A DNA stretch of 64,000 nucleotides from an uncultured Rikenellaceae bacterium (GCA_963818525.1 CAWFSO010000001.1:85443-149442); one strand, 5' to 3'; numbered from the stretch's first letter, positions 9,095 to 17,664 are shown. Notes: generated by a model from the sequence alone, not told the origin. Translations and numbers: made by a program.

Positions 9095-11252
9095 TAAAAG
9101 GATAAAGGAACTATCATTACTTCAGCATGATTCTACTGATTGCGGAGCTGCGTGTCTTGCATCAGTGATCAGATACTTTGGAGGAAACTCAGGAATTGAT
9201 CAGGTTCGAAGGTTGAGCGGCACAACACAGTCAGGAACATCAATGCTTGGTTTGTATCAGGCAGCTTTGGGCTGTGGAATGGAGGCTACCGGCTACGAAG
9301 CCTCCATTGCAGATATTATTGCATTTGCAGGGGTCCTGATTCTACACGTGACCCCGGAGAAGGGATATGAACATTATATTGTCAGCTACGGGTATTCAGG
9401 TGACAGATTCATTATATGGGATCCCGCATCAGGTCTCTCCCTGAAGACAACATCAGAGCTTGATCAGATATGGCTGAGTCACAAATGTCTAGCAGTCAGT
9501 CCGGGCAAGGATTTCCAGCTTGAGGATAAATCCAGAAAAGATAAAAGGGAGTGGATAATAGATACCATAAAACCCGAGAAGGAACTGCTTCTTGCAAGTG
9601 TGTTTGTGGGAATTCTGATTTCGGTTCTTGGGGTAGTTATGGCAGTGTTTACACAAAAACTGCTTGACAGAATATTGCCCTCGGGTGATATTAAATTACT
9701 GATTGTCTCAGCAGTACTTGTATTTATGCTTCTTATTGTTAGAGTATTTCTTACTTCAATACGGCAATACATTTTGTTATCACAGGGCAAAACTTACAAT
9801 ATCCGGATTGTTGACGGATTTTACAGTTCATTGCTCGGATTGCCCAAGCCATTCTTTGACACCAGAAAAACTGGCGACATGGTAGCTCGTTTAAACGATA
9901 CGATGCGTATCCAGCGAGTTATTTCAGACATAGTCAGTACATACATTATAGATATTCTGATACTGCTGATAACAGTGTTCATGATTTTCATCTATTCTAC
10001 TGTGGCTGGAGTTTTATCTCTGGTGGCAATCCCCTTATTCTTCCTTCTGGTTTACAGATGGAACAATCCAATAATTAAGTCACAGCAGGATCTGATGGCA
10101 GGTTATGCCTTGAATGAAAGTAATTTCATTAATACTCTCAGGGGAATAACGGAGATTAAAAGCATGAACTGGCAAGGAATTTATGGAAACAGGAACAAAT
10201 CCATATTCACTTTTTTTCAGGAAAGAGCCTTTTCACTGGGTAAGATAAAGATAAAGCTTGGGATGCTGACAAACCTGGCAGGTACGCTTTATCTGATGGG
10301 ATTACTGGTCTACACTTCGCTTGAGGTAATGGGGGCACGGATGACCCAGGGCGAACTGATGGCAATCATTTCACTTAGTTCAACCCTGCTGCCGTCTGTC
10401 ATGAACCTGGCTCTTGTCTCCATTCCTCTAAGCGAGGCCAAAGTAGCTATCGAAAGGATGTTTGAATTCACTCAGTTAAAGCCAGAGACTGACGGATCGG
10501 ACGATCAGTGCGGTATCCCGGTAATCACAAGGGTTGCTCTAAATGGTATTTCATTTCGATTCCCGGGACAGAAACTCTTCCTTTCGGATGTTGGCCTGGA
10601 AGTTGAAAAGGGGCACATCGCAGCTCTCGTTGGGGAGTCAGGTTCAGGGAAAAGTACCTTGGTAAATATTCTAATGCGTTTTTATCATCCTGAGTCTGGA
10701 TCCATCCTGGTTAACAATTTTACAGACAGCCACGGTATTCCGGTTGAAAGGTGGCGTAAATCGATAGGTCTGATCCCGCAGGAGATGCATATGTTTAATG
10801 GAACGGTGCTCGAAAATATAATACCTGATGCTGATGACTCAAATCTGAAGAGGCTCGTCAGAATAACTGCAGATTATGGACTTGAACCATTTGTAAAAAA
10901 TCTTCCTCTGGGTTTTGCCACGCTTGCCGGGGAAGATGGTGTTAACCTTTCCGGAGGGCAAAAACAGGTTATTGCATTTATGAGGGCCTTGGTGAATGAA
11001 CCTGACATTCTACTTATTGATGAGGGAACCTCCGGGATGGACAGAGACACGGAAGCCATTATTCTAAATATTCTAACGCGGATTAAAGATACTGTTGGTG
11101 TATTGCTGGTGACCCACAGGATTAACCTGGTTAAGAAGCTATGTGACAGGATTTATCTTCTTGAAGGAAGAACCATCACTGCTGCAGGCTCCCATAATGA
11201 ACTTATTTCAGGAGATAATCTTTACAGAAGGTTTTGGGATGATTTTAATTAG
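9084..11252 (+). CDS. Peptidase-containing ABC transporter (C39 peptidase + TMD + NBD), bacteriocin processing/export
   Basis: QHDSTDCGAACL (catalytic Cys), EHYIV (His), WDPA (Asp); Walker A GESGSGKST, signature LSGGQ, Walker B ILLIDE, H-loop VTHR. Confidence 0.95.
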   Translation: MINSKRIKELSLLQHDSTDCGAACLASVIRYFGGNSGIDQVRRLSGTTQSGTSMLGLYQAALGCGMEATGYEASIADIIAFAGVLILHVTPEKGYEHYIVSYGYSGDRFIIWDPASGLSLKTTSELDQIWLSHKCLAVSPGKDFQLEDKSRKDKREWIIDTIKPEKELLLASVFVGILISVLGVVMAVFTQKLLDRILPSGDIKLLIVSAVLVFMLLIVRVFLTSIRQYILLSQGKTYNIRIVDGFYSSLLGLPKPFFDTRKTGDMVARLNDTMRIQRVISDIVSTYIIDILILLITVFMIFIYSTVAGVLSLVAIPLFFLLVYRWNNPIIKSQQDLMAGYALNESNFINTLRGITEIKSMNWQGIYGNRNKSIFTFFQERAFSLGKIKIKLGMLTNLAGTLYLMGLLVYTSLEVMGARMTQGELMAIISLSSTLLPSVMNLALVSIPLSEAKVAIERMFEFTQLKPETDGSDDQCGIPVITRVALNGISFRFPGQKLFLSDVGLEVEKGHIAALVGESGSGKSTLVNILMRFYHPESGSILVNNFTDSHGIPVERWRKSIGLIPQEMHMFNGTVLENIIPDADDSNLKRLVRITADYGLEPFVKNLPLGFATLAGEDGVNLSGGQKQVIAFMRALVNEPDILLIDEGTSGMDRDTEAIILNILTRIKDTVGVLLVTHRINLVKKLCDRIYLLEGRTITAAGSHNELISGDNLYRRFWDDFN

Positions 11253-11420
11253 AATAAATAAGGGAGCAAAAGTGACAAAACAATAAAAAAGATAGAGAAT
11301 CCGGTATTGTCGGACTGCTTTGTTTTTAATTTGATATTGCAGAGGGATTAAAATACTCTCCTCTGCAGGTGAATGCCGAAAAGCCTGAAGAGAGTAGGTG
11401 AAAGAAAAATATGTCTCTCT

Positions 11421-11624
11421 ATGAAAAAATTAAGATTTGAGCAAATGGAGACTGTGAGTGGTGGACTAAAGTTCACAACTCTTAGTGGAATTTTATGTGG
11501 TTCCGCACTTGTGCTTGCATGCACTGGTGTACTTGCACCTTTAGCGGCCGCACCTGCTATTGGTTGTGCAACAACCCTTGCGGCCAAGGAGTATTGGGAA
11601 AGTCAGGGAATAGAAGTCGATTAA
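11421..11624 (+). CDS. Double-glycine leader peptide precursor 1 (bacteriocin-like, 67 aa)
   Basis: Leader MKKLRFEQMETVSGG (15 aa); 52-aa hydrophobic core with 3 Cys; directly after the C39 transporter. Confidence 0.85.
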   Translation: MKKLRFEQMETVSGGLKFTTLSGILCGSALVLACTGVLAPLAAAPAIGCATTLAAKEYWESQGIEVD

Positions 11625-11643
11625 AACCAAAAACAATTAGATT

Positions 11644-11832
11644 ATGAAACAGATACTAACATATGAAGATATGAGTGCTACACGGGGTGGTAACTTTTGG
11701 GATGGATTTTGTGTGGTGGTAGGTGTTGCTAACGTTCTTTCTCCAGTATTAGCATTTACAGGGGTAGGGTATGCAATTGTCAAAACCGCTGGTGTTGGTT
11801 GTTTAATTTATAAAGCAGCTACACTAGATTAG
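11644..11832 (+). CDS. Double-glycine leader peptide precursor 2 (bacteriocin-like, 62 aa)
   Basis: Leader MKQILTYEDMSATRGG (16 aa); 46-aa hydrophobic core NFWDGFC...GVGCLIYKAATLD with 2 Cys. Confidence 0.85.
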   Translation: MKQILTYEDMSATRGGNFWDGFCVVVGVANVLSPVLAFTGVGYAIVKTAGVGCLIYKAATLD

Positions 11833-11996
11833 AATTAAGGGAGATTTGATGTTCATTGTTAAGAGTATGGGTAAAAGAGTTAAATTTGTTGTTGCCAAGA
11901 TGTATTTAACATTATGAGCGCTTCAATATGCCATCCGGAACTCATAAATCACCATGGATGCTCGTATAGATTCACATCTCCTAAATGTAATAAATC

Positions 11997-12185
11997 ATGA
12001 ATAAAATCACTACAATTGCATTTGTCGCTTTAATTATCATTGCACTCTACCTTCTTTATAAACTGATCTTTGTTGAAGAATTGAGTAGGTTTGATAATAT
12101 TTTGTTTATTATTCTATTAGCAGGAGGTATTATAAATTCTTATATAATTATTTCCAGCAGAAAGAAAAAACCCCTGAAGGAATAA
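11997..12185 (+). CDS. Small two-TM membrane protein, candidate immunity protein
   Basis: 62 aa, two hydrophobic helices, basic C-terminus SRKKKPLKE; directly downstream of the precursors. Confidence 0.65.
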   Translation: MNKITTIAFVALIIIALYLLYKLIFVEELSRFDNILFIILLAGGIINSYIIISSRKKKPLKE

Positions 12186-12220
12186 TCAAATCTTACACAA
12201 AATCAGTTTTTGTTTGTCTT

Positions 12221-12250
12221 ATACCTCGAGGTCATTCTCGGGGTATTTTG
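12221..12250 (+). terminator. Putative intrinsic terminator closing the peptide cluster
   Basis: ATACCTCGAG-gtcatt-CTCGGGGTAT 10-bp stem (one G:U) followed by TTTG. Confidence 0.5.
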
Positions 12251-12350
12251 CTCAGGTTGACTTTCAAATGGTGCGGCTCCGATGATATAAAGTACCCAAC
12301 CATTACTGATACAATTAGTACTTATTCATTTTCTTAAAGTAATTGGTGAA

Positions 12351-13400
12351 ATGAAAAACACTTTCCCATCTGCTTTCGAAGACTTATATATTAAAGTAAA
12401 AGAAATCCTGGAATCAGCCAGGAATAGGTCTTACAGAGCTGTTAACTTTGAGATGGTTCAAGCTTACTGGAATATAGGGCGGACAATTATTGAAGAAGAG
12501 CAGGAAGGCAGGGAGCGGGCAGAGTATGGGAAGTATCTTTTGGCGAACTTATCTATTCGGCTTACGGCAGACTATGGTAAAGGTTTTGATGACAGAAACC
12601 TTGCATATATGAGGCAGTTTTACCGGGCCTTTCCAAATATGAACGCAGTGCGTTCAGAATTATCCTGGACACATTATAGGATACTCATGCGGGTTGAGGA
12701 AGAGCCCGCAAGGGAGTTTTACCTTCAGGAATGTGTGGAAGGAAACTGGAGCACACGACAGTTGGAGAGACAAATTAACAGTCTCTATTTTGAACGAATA
12801 CTGATGAGCAGCAAAGAAAGCCGTTCACTAGTAAAAAATGAGGCTGATGGTAAAAAGGAACCTATGCATCCCGGACAATTAATAAAGGATCCTTATGTAC
12901 TCGAATTCCTGAACCTAAATCCCAATATGAATTTTTACGAGAAGGAAATAGAACAAGCTCTAATCGATAGACTGCAAGGGTTCCTTTTGGAACTTGGTAA
13001 AGGTTTTTCATTTGTAAGCAGACAATACAGGATATCAGCTGATACGAAGCATTTTTATGTTGACCTGGTATTTTACAATTATATCCTGAAATGCTTTTTG
13101 CTTATTGATCTGAAAACCGGCGAGCTGACGCATGAGGATATCGGGCAGATGGATTTTTATGTCAGGTACTTCGAGGATCAGGAAAGACAGGAAACAGATA
13201 ATCCGACAATTGGACTGATACTCTGTGCTAAAAAGGATAAGACAATAGTAAAATACAGTTTGTTAAATGAAAGCCAACAAATCTTTGCTTCAAAATACAA
13301 ACTCTACATGCCAAGCATCAAGGAACTGCAGGATGAGATAACCCGCGAGAGGCAAGTGATAGAACAATTAAAAGGACTCTGCAAAAGTCGGAACTCTTAG
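12351..13400 (+). CDS. YhcG/DUF1016 PD-(D/E)XK nuclease-domain protein
   Basis: YWNIG, LSWTHY, WSTRQLERQI, IKDPYVLEFL, DLVFY, IDLK, DIGQM, NPTIGLILC. Confidence 0.93.
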   Translation: MKNTFPSAFEDLYIKVKEILESARNRSYRAVNFEMVQAYWNIGRTIIEEEQEGRERAEYGKYLLANLSIRLTADYGKGFDDRNLAYMRQFYRAFPNMNAVRSELSWTHYRILMRVEEEPAREFYLQECVEGNWSTRQLERQINSLYFERILMSSKESRSLVKNEADGKKEPMHPGQLIKDPYVLEFLNLNPNMNFYEKEIEQALIDRLQGFLLELGKGFSFVSRQYRISADTKHFYVDLVFYNYILKCFLLIDLKTGELTHEDIGQMDFYVRYFEDQERQETDNPTIGLILCAKKDKTIVKYSLLNESQQIFASKYKLYMPSIKELQDEITRERQVIEQLKGLCKSRNS

Positions 13401-13524
13401 GATCTTTTCATTAAAGCATGGAGAAGCCAGAGGCTTGTTTTACTAACCTTTATTTTCGAACTATGATGAGGCTTAAACTGAAACAATTGATAAGGGAAGT
13501 CCACAACATCTAAACCCGGCATCT

Positions 13525-13786
13525 ATGAAAGAACTAAAACTGAACCTCATTCTAAGAATCCTAGTGGAACTGCCCTTGTCGGGCTTTTATGTCCTCTTTC
13601 ACTATTGATTGGGCCAGTATCCTTGCTTACATTGGGTATCCTTTATCTTCCATCGGTTTTGCTCTTTTTTCAAAATATTTCTTAACTCAAAAAAAACGAA
13701 ATGAAAACAAAAATCACCAAAAGAGATCTGACCGCATTCATTCTGGGAGTGGTTGTTATGATTCTAATCAGCTTTTTCTCTGACTT
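13525..13786 (+). pseudogene. Probable frameshifted small membrane-protein gene
   Basis: ATG 13525 MKELKLNLILRIL stops at 13608; hydrophobic coding-like sequence continues in other frames (GTALVG..., ...FTIDWASILAYIGYPLSSIGFALFSKYFLTQKK). Confidence 0.3.
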
Positions 13787-13847
13787 TAAAAACAACGTTC
13801 AGAGTTTCAAGGATGGCTTCAATGAGGCATATCATAACGACAGATAG
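13701..13847 (+). CDS. 48-aa single-TM small protein (not in ORF track)
   Basis: MKTKITKRDLTAFILGVVVMILISFFSDFKNNVQSFKDGFNEAYHNDR*; A-rich Bacteroidota-type translation start; basic N-terminus, TM, then FKDGF amphipathic motif. Confidence 0.65.
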   Translation: MKTKITKRDLTAFILGVVVMILISFFSDFKNNVQSFKDGFNEAYHNDR

Positions 13848-14019
13848 AATAATTTGATCCAGGAAACCAGGTCATACAAATGAGCTTTGGGTTAATGTTT
13901 GAACAAGACATTGATCTAAAGTGCATACATATAATGGCAAAAAGGAACTGATTGTCAATGCGTACTGTCAACTATTACATTCGACATTGAAGTATTAGTA
14001 TTATTTTGATCAGTTGCGA

Positions 14020-14049
14020 TTGAGAAATATTCCGGATTTAGTAAATTTG
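14020..14049 (+). promoter_or_regulatory. Putative promoter for the small membrane gene string
   Basis: TTG (14020-14022), 19 nt spacer, TAAATTTG (14042-14049). Confidence 0.45.
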
Positions 14050-14124
14050 ATAGCAATAGGTCAATGACATCAGACAACTGTTCCTGTAACTTCCAGAAAG
14101 TCAAATTTATCTATTTCTGCAATT

Positions 14125-14595
14125 ATGAAAAAGTTTGAAATCATCCTGATAATCGGAGCCGTCATCGGATTCCTGATGGTGCTATTCAACATCCCGCTTA
14201 ACTCGGTGGTTGTGTCATTGTTTTTTGTGGTGCTGGGTTTGCTCTATTTTTACCTGGGCTTTGCGCTTTTTAACGGTATCAGACTGCGGAACATATTTAA
14301 AGCTGATTCCTATAATGGGCTTGGAACGTGGAGAATACTTCTTGCTGTCGGGACAGGCATGGCACTTTCAGAACTCACCATCGGATTTATGTTCACCATA
14401 CTGAACTATCCGATGGCGAAATCCTTAATAATCTTCGGAATAGTTCTTACCGTGATAATGATTATCCTGGCTCTGATCAGGAACACAAAGGAGAAGAGTC
14501 AGTTCTACAGAAGCATAATTTTAAGGTGCCTGGTCTTTGTAATTATTGCTGTCGTACTCCTGCTGATTCCCGGACAGGTTTTCGAAAAGCCCTGA
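14125..14595 (+). CDS. Hypothetical multi-pass membrane protein (156 aa)
   Basis: About five hydrophobic segments; LGFALFNGIRLRNIFK motif. Confidence 0.7.
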   Translation: MKKFEIILIIGAVIGFLMVLFNIPLNSVVVSLFFVVLGLLYFYLGFALFNGIRLRNIFKADSYNGLGTWRILLAVGTGMALSELTIGFMFTILNYPMAKSLIIFGIVLTVIMIILALIRNTKEKSQFYRSIILRCLVFVIIAVVLLLIPGQVFEKP

Positions 14596-14598
14596 GAC

Positions 14599-14793
14599 AT
14601 GAATGAAAAGAACATGCAGTTGATCCTGAAACTAGGACTCATTGGCTGTTTGATCTGCCTCACAGGGGCCATCTTCCAACTCACACAATCCTCGCCTGGC
14701 TCGACAGGCCGAACGGTTGCAATACTGCTTTGCCTGACAGCGGCGGTAGAAAGCCTGAGTTTTCTTTTACAGCTCAGACAGAAAAGACCATAA
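14599..14793 (+). CDS. Small two-TM hypothetical protein (64 aa)
   Basis: Two hydrophobic helices, basic tail RQKRP; 3 nt after the upstream stop. Confidence 0.55.
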   Translation: MNEKNMQLILKLGLIGCLICLTGAIFQLTQSSPGSTGRTVAILLCLTAAVESLSFLLQLRQKRP

Positions 14794-14814
14794 CCCGGGA
14801 AACATAATTACTTT

Positions 14815-15018
14815 ATGAAAAACAAGCTCGTACGTTTCATCGTCTATTTCGTTGCCTTGACAGCATCACTCTACCTTGCCTACACCCTGTTGGATATGAA
14901 CAAGGAAAACGCTGGTGAAAATGCCAATGAGAACCTGCTGCTTGCGATTCTGGTCGGAGCCGGGACTTCTGCAACTCTGGTATTCCTTCCCAGCCTCTTC
15001 AGGAAGCCAAAAGGATGA
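14815..15018 (+). CDS. Small two-TM hypothetical protein (67 aa)
   Basis: MKNKLVRF..., two TM helices, basic tail RKPKG. Confidence 0.6.
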   Translation: MKNKLVRFIVYFVALTASLYLAYTLLDMNKENAGENANENLLLAILVGAGTSATLVFLPSLFRKPKG

Positions 15019-15054
15019 TGCTTAAGACAGGCAGAGTAATGCTACAGTGTGCTG

Positions 15055-15507
15055 TTATTTTTCTTCTACAGTAATCCCAAAAGATTGTAAGGTTCCGATA
15101 AGTTCATTAAGGTAGTACTTCCTGAAATGGTCCTCATCGCGGTAGTCAAGAACTACCTTGCGTCTCTGTGAGTTCTTAAGATGTAAAGTAAGATTCAGAT
15201 AAGAAGTAAAATCCTCCCTGATCACCGCCCTTTCAACCTGCCGGATGTCAAGACTCTTGTCTGTATTTGTTCTTGAACCGATGATTAACCCAAAAACACC
15301 AAGTGCGAGGACTGCTAATCCCAGTATAATTGTTTTACCATCAGGGTTGACTAAATACCTGCCAATGGCATATAATGCGCCTATAATGTAAAACGCAGCA
15401 ATAACCATATTCACATATTTGTGCCACTTGAAAATGCCATCGGTAATAATAATCTGGTTGTCCGAGAAGTTGATCTCACCTTTGTAAACTGTAAATCTTG
15501 TTTTCAT
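15055..15507 (-). CDS. Hypothetical two-TM protein with C-terminal PH-like domain
   Basis: Two TM helices then LDIRQVERAVIRE...LTLHLKNSQRRKVVL beta pattern. Confidence 0.65.
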   Translation of the reverse strand: MKTRFTVYKGEINFSDNQIIITDGIFKWHKYVNMVIAAFYIIGALYAIGRYLVNPDGKTIILGLAVLALGVFGLIIGSRTNTDKSLDIRQVERAVIREDFTSYLNLTLHLKNSQRRKVVLDYRDEDHFRKYYLNELIGTLQSFGITVEEK

Positions 15508-15721
15508 ATTCGACTACAGAAGGTTAACAGCGAAGACTGGCTTTAGTAAAATTAACAAATTTATTTTATACCACCATGATTACCTTAAACATTGAGCGGC
15601 CACTGCAATATGCACGGAACTGTATCTTCTGTCGCGGCAAGGGTTATCAACAGATTGTTTTTTCATGTATTTTAGTGTGGTAAAATTACCTGCTTGAGAA
15701 CCCGACCTAACTAAGCTGAAA

Positions 15722-16858
15722 ATGGAATTCCTTTTTAACAGCATTACCCTGATCACCTGGCAACAGGTGCTCATGTGGGTGATAGGAGCCACCCTTATCT
15801 ACCTGGCCATCTCAAAGAAACTGGAACCGCCTCTCCTGCTGCCGATGGGCTTCGGAGCCATCCTTGTCAACATACCCCTGTCAGGCGCCCTCGACCAGAC
15901 CCTGCCGGGCATAGGCGAGGTAAGCGGTATCATCGACTGGCTCTTCGACGTGGGCATCGAAGCATCGGAAGCAATGCCAATACTGCTCTTTATTGGGATT
16001 GGCGCAATGATCGACTTCGGGCCGCTGCTGTCAAACCCCCGGCTGCTCCTCTTCGGCGCCGCAGCACAGTTCGGCATATTCATTACAGTCACAGTGGCAG
16101 TGCTGCTGGGATTCGACCTGAAGGATGCAGCTTCAATAGGTATCATAGGGGCGGCCGATGGCCCGACATCCATACTGGTGTCACAGGTTCTCAAAAGCAA
16201 ATACATTGGACCGATAGCCATAGCGGCATATTCATATATGGCCCTGGTACCGATAATACAACCATTTGCCATCCGACTGGTCACAACCCAGAAAGAACGA
16301 AAAATAAGGATGAAATACAACCCGAAGAGCGTTTCACGAACGACGAGGATACTCTTCCCTATAACCGTGACAGTCATAGCAGGACTGGTAGCGCCGGCAT
16401 CAATAGCCCTCGTGGGATTCCTGATGTTCGGGAACCTCGTCAGGGAGTGCGGCGTGCTGGGATCACTGTCCGACACGGCCCAGAAGGACCTTGTCAATCT
16501 CATCACCCTGCTGCTCGGCATCACCATCGCCGCCAGCATGAGGGCGGATCTCTTCGTGTCAGTGCAGACACTGATGATCATGGGCCTCGGCCTCGTGGCA
16601 TTTATCTTTGACACCATCGCAGGGGTGACCTTCGCCAAATTCCTGAACCTCTTCCTGAAGACAAAGATGAACCCCATGGTGGGGGCTGCAGGCATATCAG
16701 CATTCCCTATGTCGGCACGAGTGGTGCAGAGAATGGGACTGGAGGCTGACCCGCAGAACCACCTGCTCATGCACGCCGTGGGAGCAAACGTGGCGGGACA
16801 GATAGCCTCGGTGATAGCCGGAGGCGTAATAATAGGACTGATGGCCGGATTAATATAG
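15722..16858 (+). CDS. Sodium ion-translocating decarboxylase beta subunit (OadB/MmdB family)
   Basis: EPPLLLPMGFGAILVN, GIGAMIDF, AAQFG, IGAADGPT, AYSYMALVP, GISAFPMSAR, NVAGQI. Confidence 0.93.
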   Translation: MEFLFNSITLITWQQVLMWVIGATLIYLAISKKLEPPLLLPMGFGAILVNIPLSGALDQTLPGIGEVSGIIDWLFDVGIEASEAMPILLFIGIGAMIDFGPLLSNPRLLLFGAAAQFGIFITVTVAVLLGFDLKDAASIGIIGAADGPTSILVSQVLKSKYIGPIAIAAYSYMALVPIIQPFAIRLVTTQKERKIRMKYNPKSVSRTTRILFPITVTVIAGLVAPASIALVGFLMFGNLVRECGVLGSLSDTAQKDLVNLITLLLGITIAASMRADLFVSVQTLMIMGLGLVAFIFDTIAGVTFAKFLNLFLKTKMNPMVGAAGISAFPMSARVVQRMGLEADPQNHLLMHAVGANVAGQIASVIAGGVIIGLMAGLI

Positions 16859-16866
16859 CAGCAAAG

Positions 16867-17016
16867 ATGAATACAGACCTTTTAAATTCGTTTAAACTGA
16901 TGGGTATGGGCATGGCCGCCATCTTCACGGTCATACTGATTATCTACGTGGCGGTGTGGCTGATGCTTAAGATCACCGCCTCGCGAGGGGAGGAAAAGAA
17001 TACCCCGGTCCAGTGA
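16867..17016 (+). CDS. OadG-related small transporter subunit (49 aa, not in ORF track)
   Basis: MNTDLLNSFKLMGMGMAAIFTVILIIYVAVWLMLKITASRGEEKNTPVQ*; GM..IF.V TM motif; 8 nt after the beta subunit gene. Confidence 0.8.
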   Translation: MNTDLLNSFKLMGMGMAAIFTVILIIYVAVWLMLKITASRGEEKNTPVQ

Positions 17017-17052
17017 CCCCCCGGAAAGGAATTCCCCGGGCCAGTGAACCCC
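16992..17052 (+). repeat. Imperfect ~31 bp tandem duplication of the OadG-like gene end
   Basis: ggaaaagaataccccggtccagtgacccccc / ggaaaggaattccccgggccagtgaacccc. Confidence 0.6.
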
Positions 17053-17182
17053 TTAAAAAAACTACCGGTCATCCTGCCCGGCCGGAAGCCGTGAACCCTC
17101 AGTTCTGCCGCTGCACAGCGAGTGTTCTTTTGTAACTGCGTAATTATTTTATACCTTTAACAGGGTAATAAAACACCATCAC

Positions 17183-17593
17183 ATGAACCAGCTTGTGCTG
17201 CGGGACAAGACTCAGGAATATGTGTTTCGATTCCTGGGCGGACTTCTTCTCTTATCAACGGGACTGCAGCTCTTTGTATACAGTCCCAAGAGACCTGTAT
17301 TCTGGATTCTTGCAATAATATTTGTGCTGGTGGCAATACTCTTCTTCACCAATTTCTTCGGGACCTTGATTAACAGGCTGACATCAGACGCAGGCACACT
17401 GACAATTCGCTGGAACACCAGGCTCTTCAGGAAGCATGTCCGCATAGATGAGATCGCTGAAATAACCGAGGACAAACGCTTCATCCGCATAATTCAAAAG
17501 AACGGTAAAACCATCCGCCTGCCGGTAAGGCTGCTGGAGCCTGACAAACGCAAGGCAGCCAGGAAATTCCTGAAGGAGACCACCGGCTTATGA
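17183..17593 (+). CDS. Two-TM + PH-like domain hypothetical protein, paralog 1
   Basis: 136 aa; clear similarity to the next ORF (QLVLR, FGTL.NRLT.D.G.LT.RW, RKFLKE.TGL). Confidence 0.75.
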   Translation: MNQLVLRDKTQEYVFRFLGGLLLLSTGLQLFVYSPKRPVFWILAIIFVLVAILFFTNFFGTLINRLTSDAGTLTIRWNTRLFRKHVRIDEIAEITEDKRFIRIIQKNGKTIRLPVRLLEPDKRKAARKFLKETTGL

Positions 17594-17664
17594 CTTCCTG
17601 ATGCAGCATCCCCTGCAACTTTAAGCACAATGTATTATCTTTACCGGAGCATAAATGGCATATC

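Larger units (their letters stand above)
7330..15560. other. AT-rich accessory island (peptide export cluster, YhcG, small membrane genes)
   Basis: Visibly lower GC than flanks (hand counts: line 7981-8040 is 15/60 G+C, versus 45/60 for mutL line 5341-5400); accessory gene content; no integrase or att site seen; boundaries approximate. Confidence 0.65.

Noticed and set aside
11373-11420. Longer N-terminus of precursor 1 given in the ORF track
   Set aside because: ATG 11421 yields a canonical 15-aa GG leader matching precursor 2; the upstream part looks like structured UTR.
7587-12185. Lanthipeptide, sactipeptide or other enzymatically modified RiPP
   Set aside because: Cores contain Cys/Ser/Thr, but no dehydratase, cyclase, YcaO or radical SAM gene is in the window; trans-acting enzymes elsewhere cannot be excluded.
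12186-15560. Integron cassette array
   Set aside because: No integrase and no recurring attC-like palindromes between the small ORFs.
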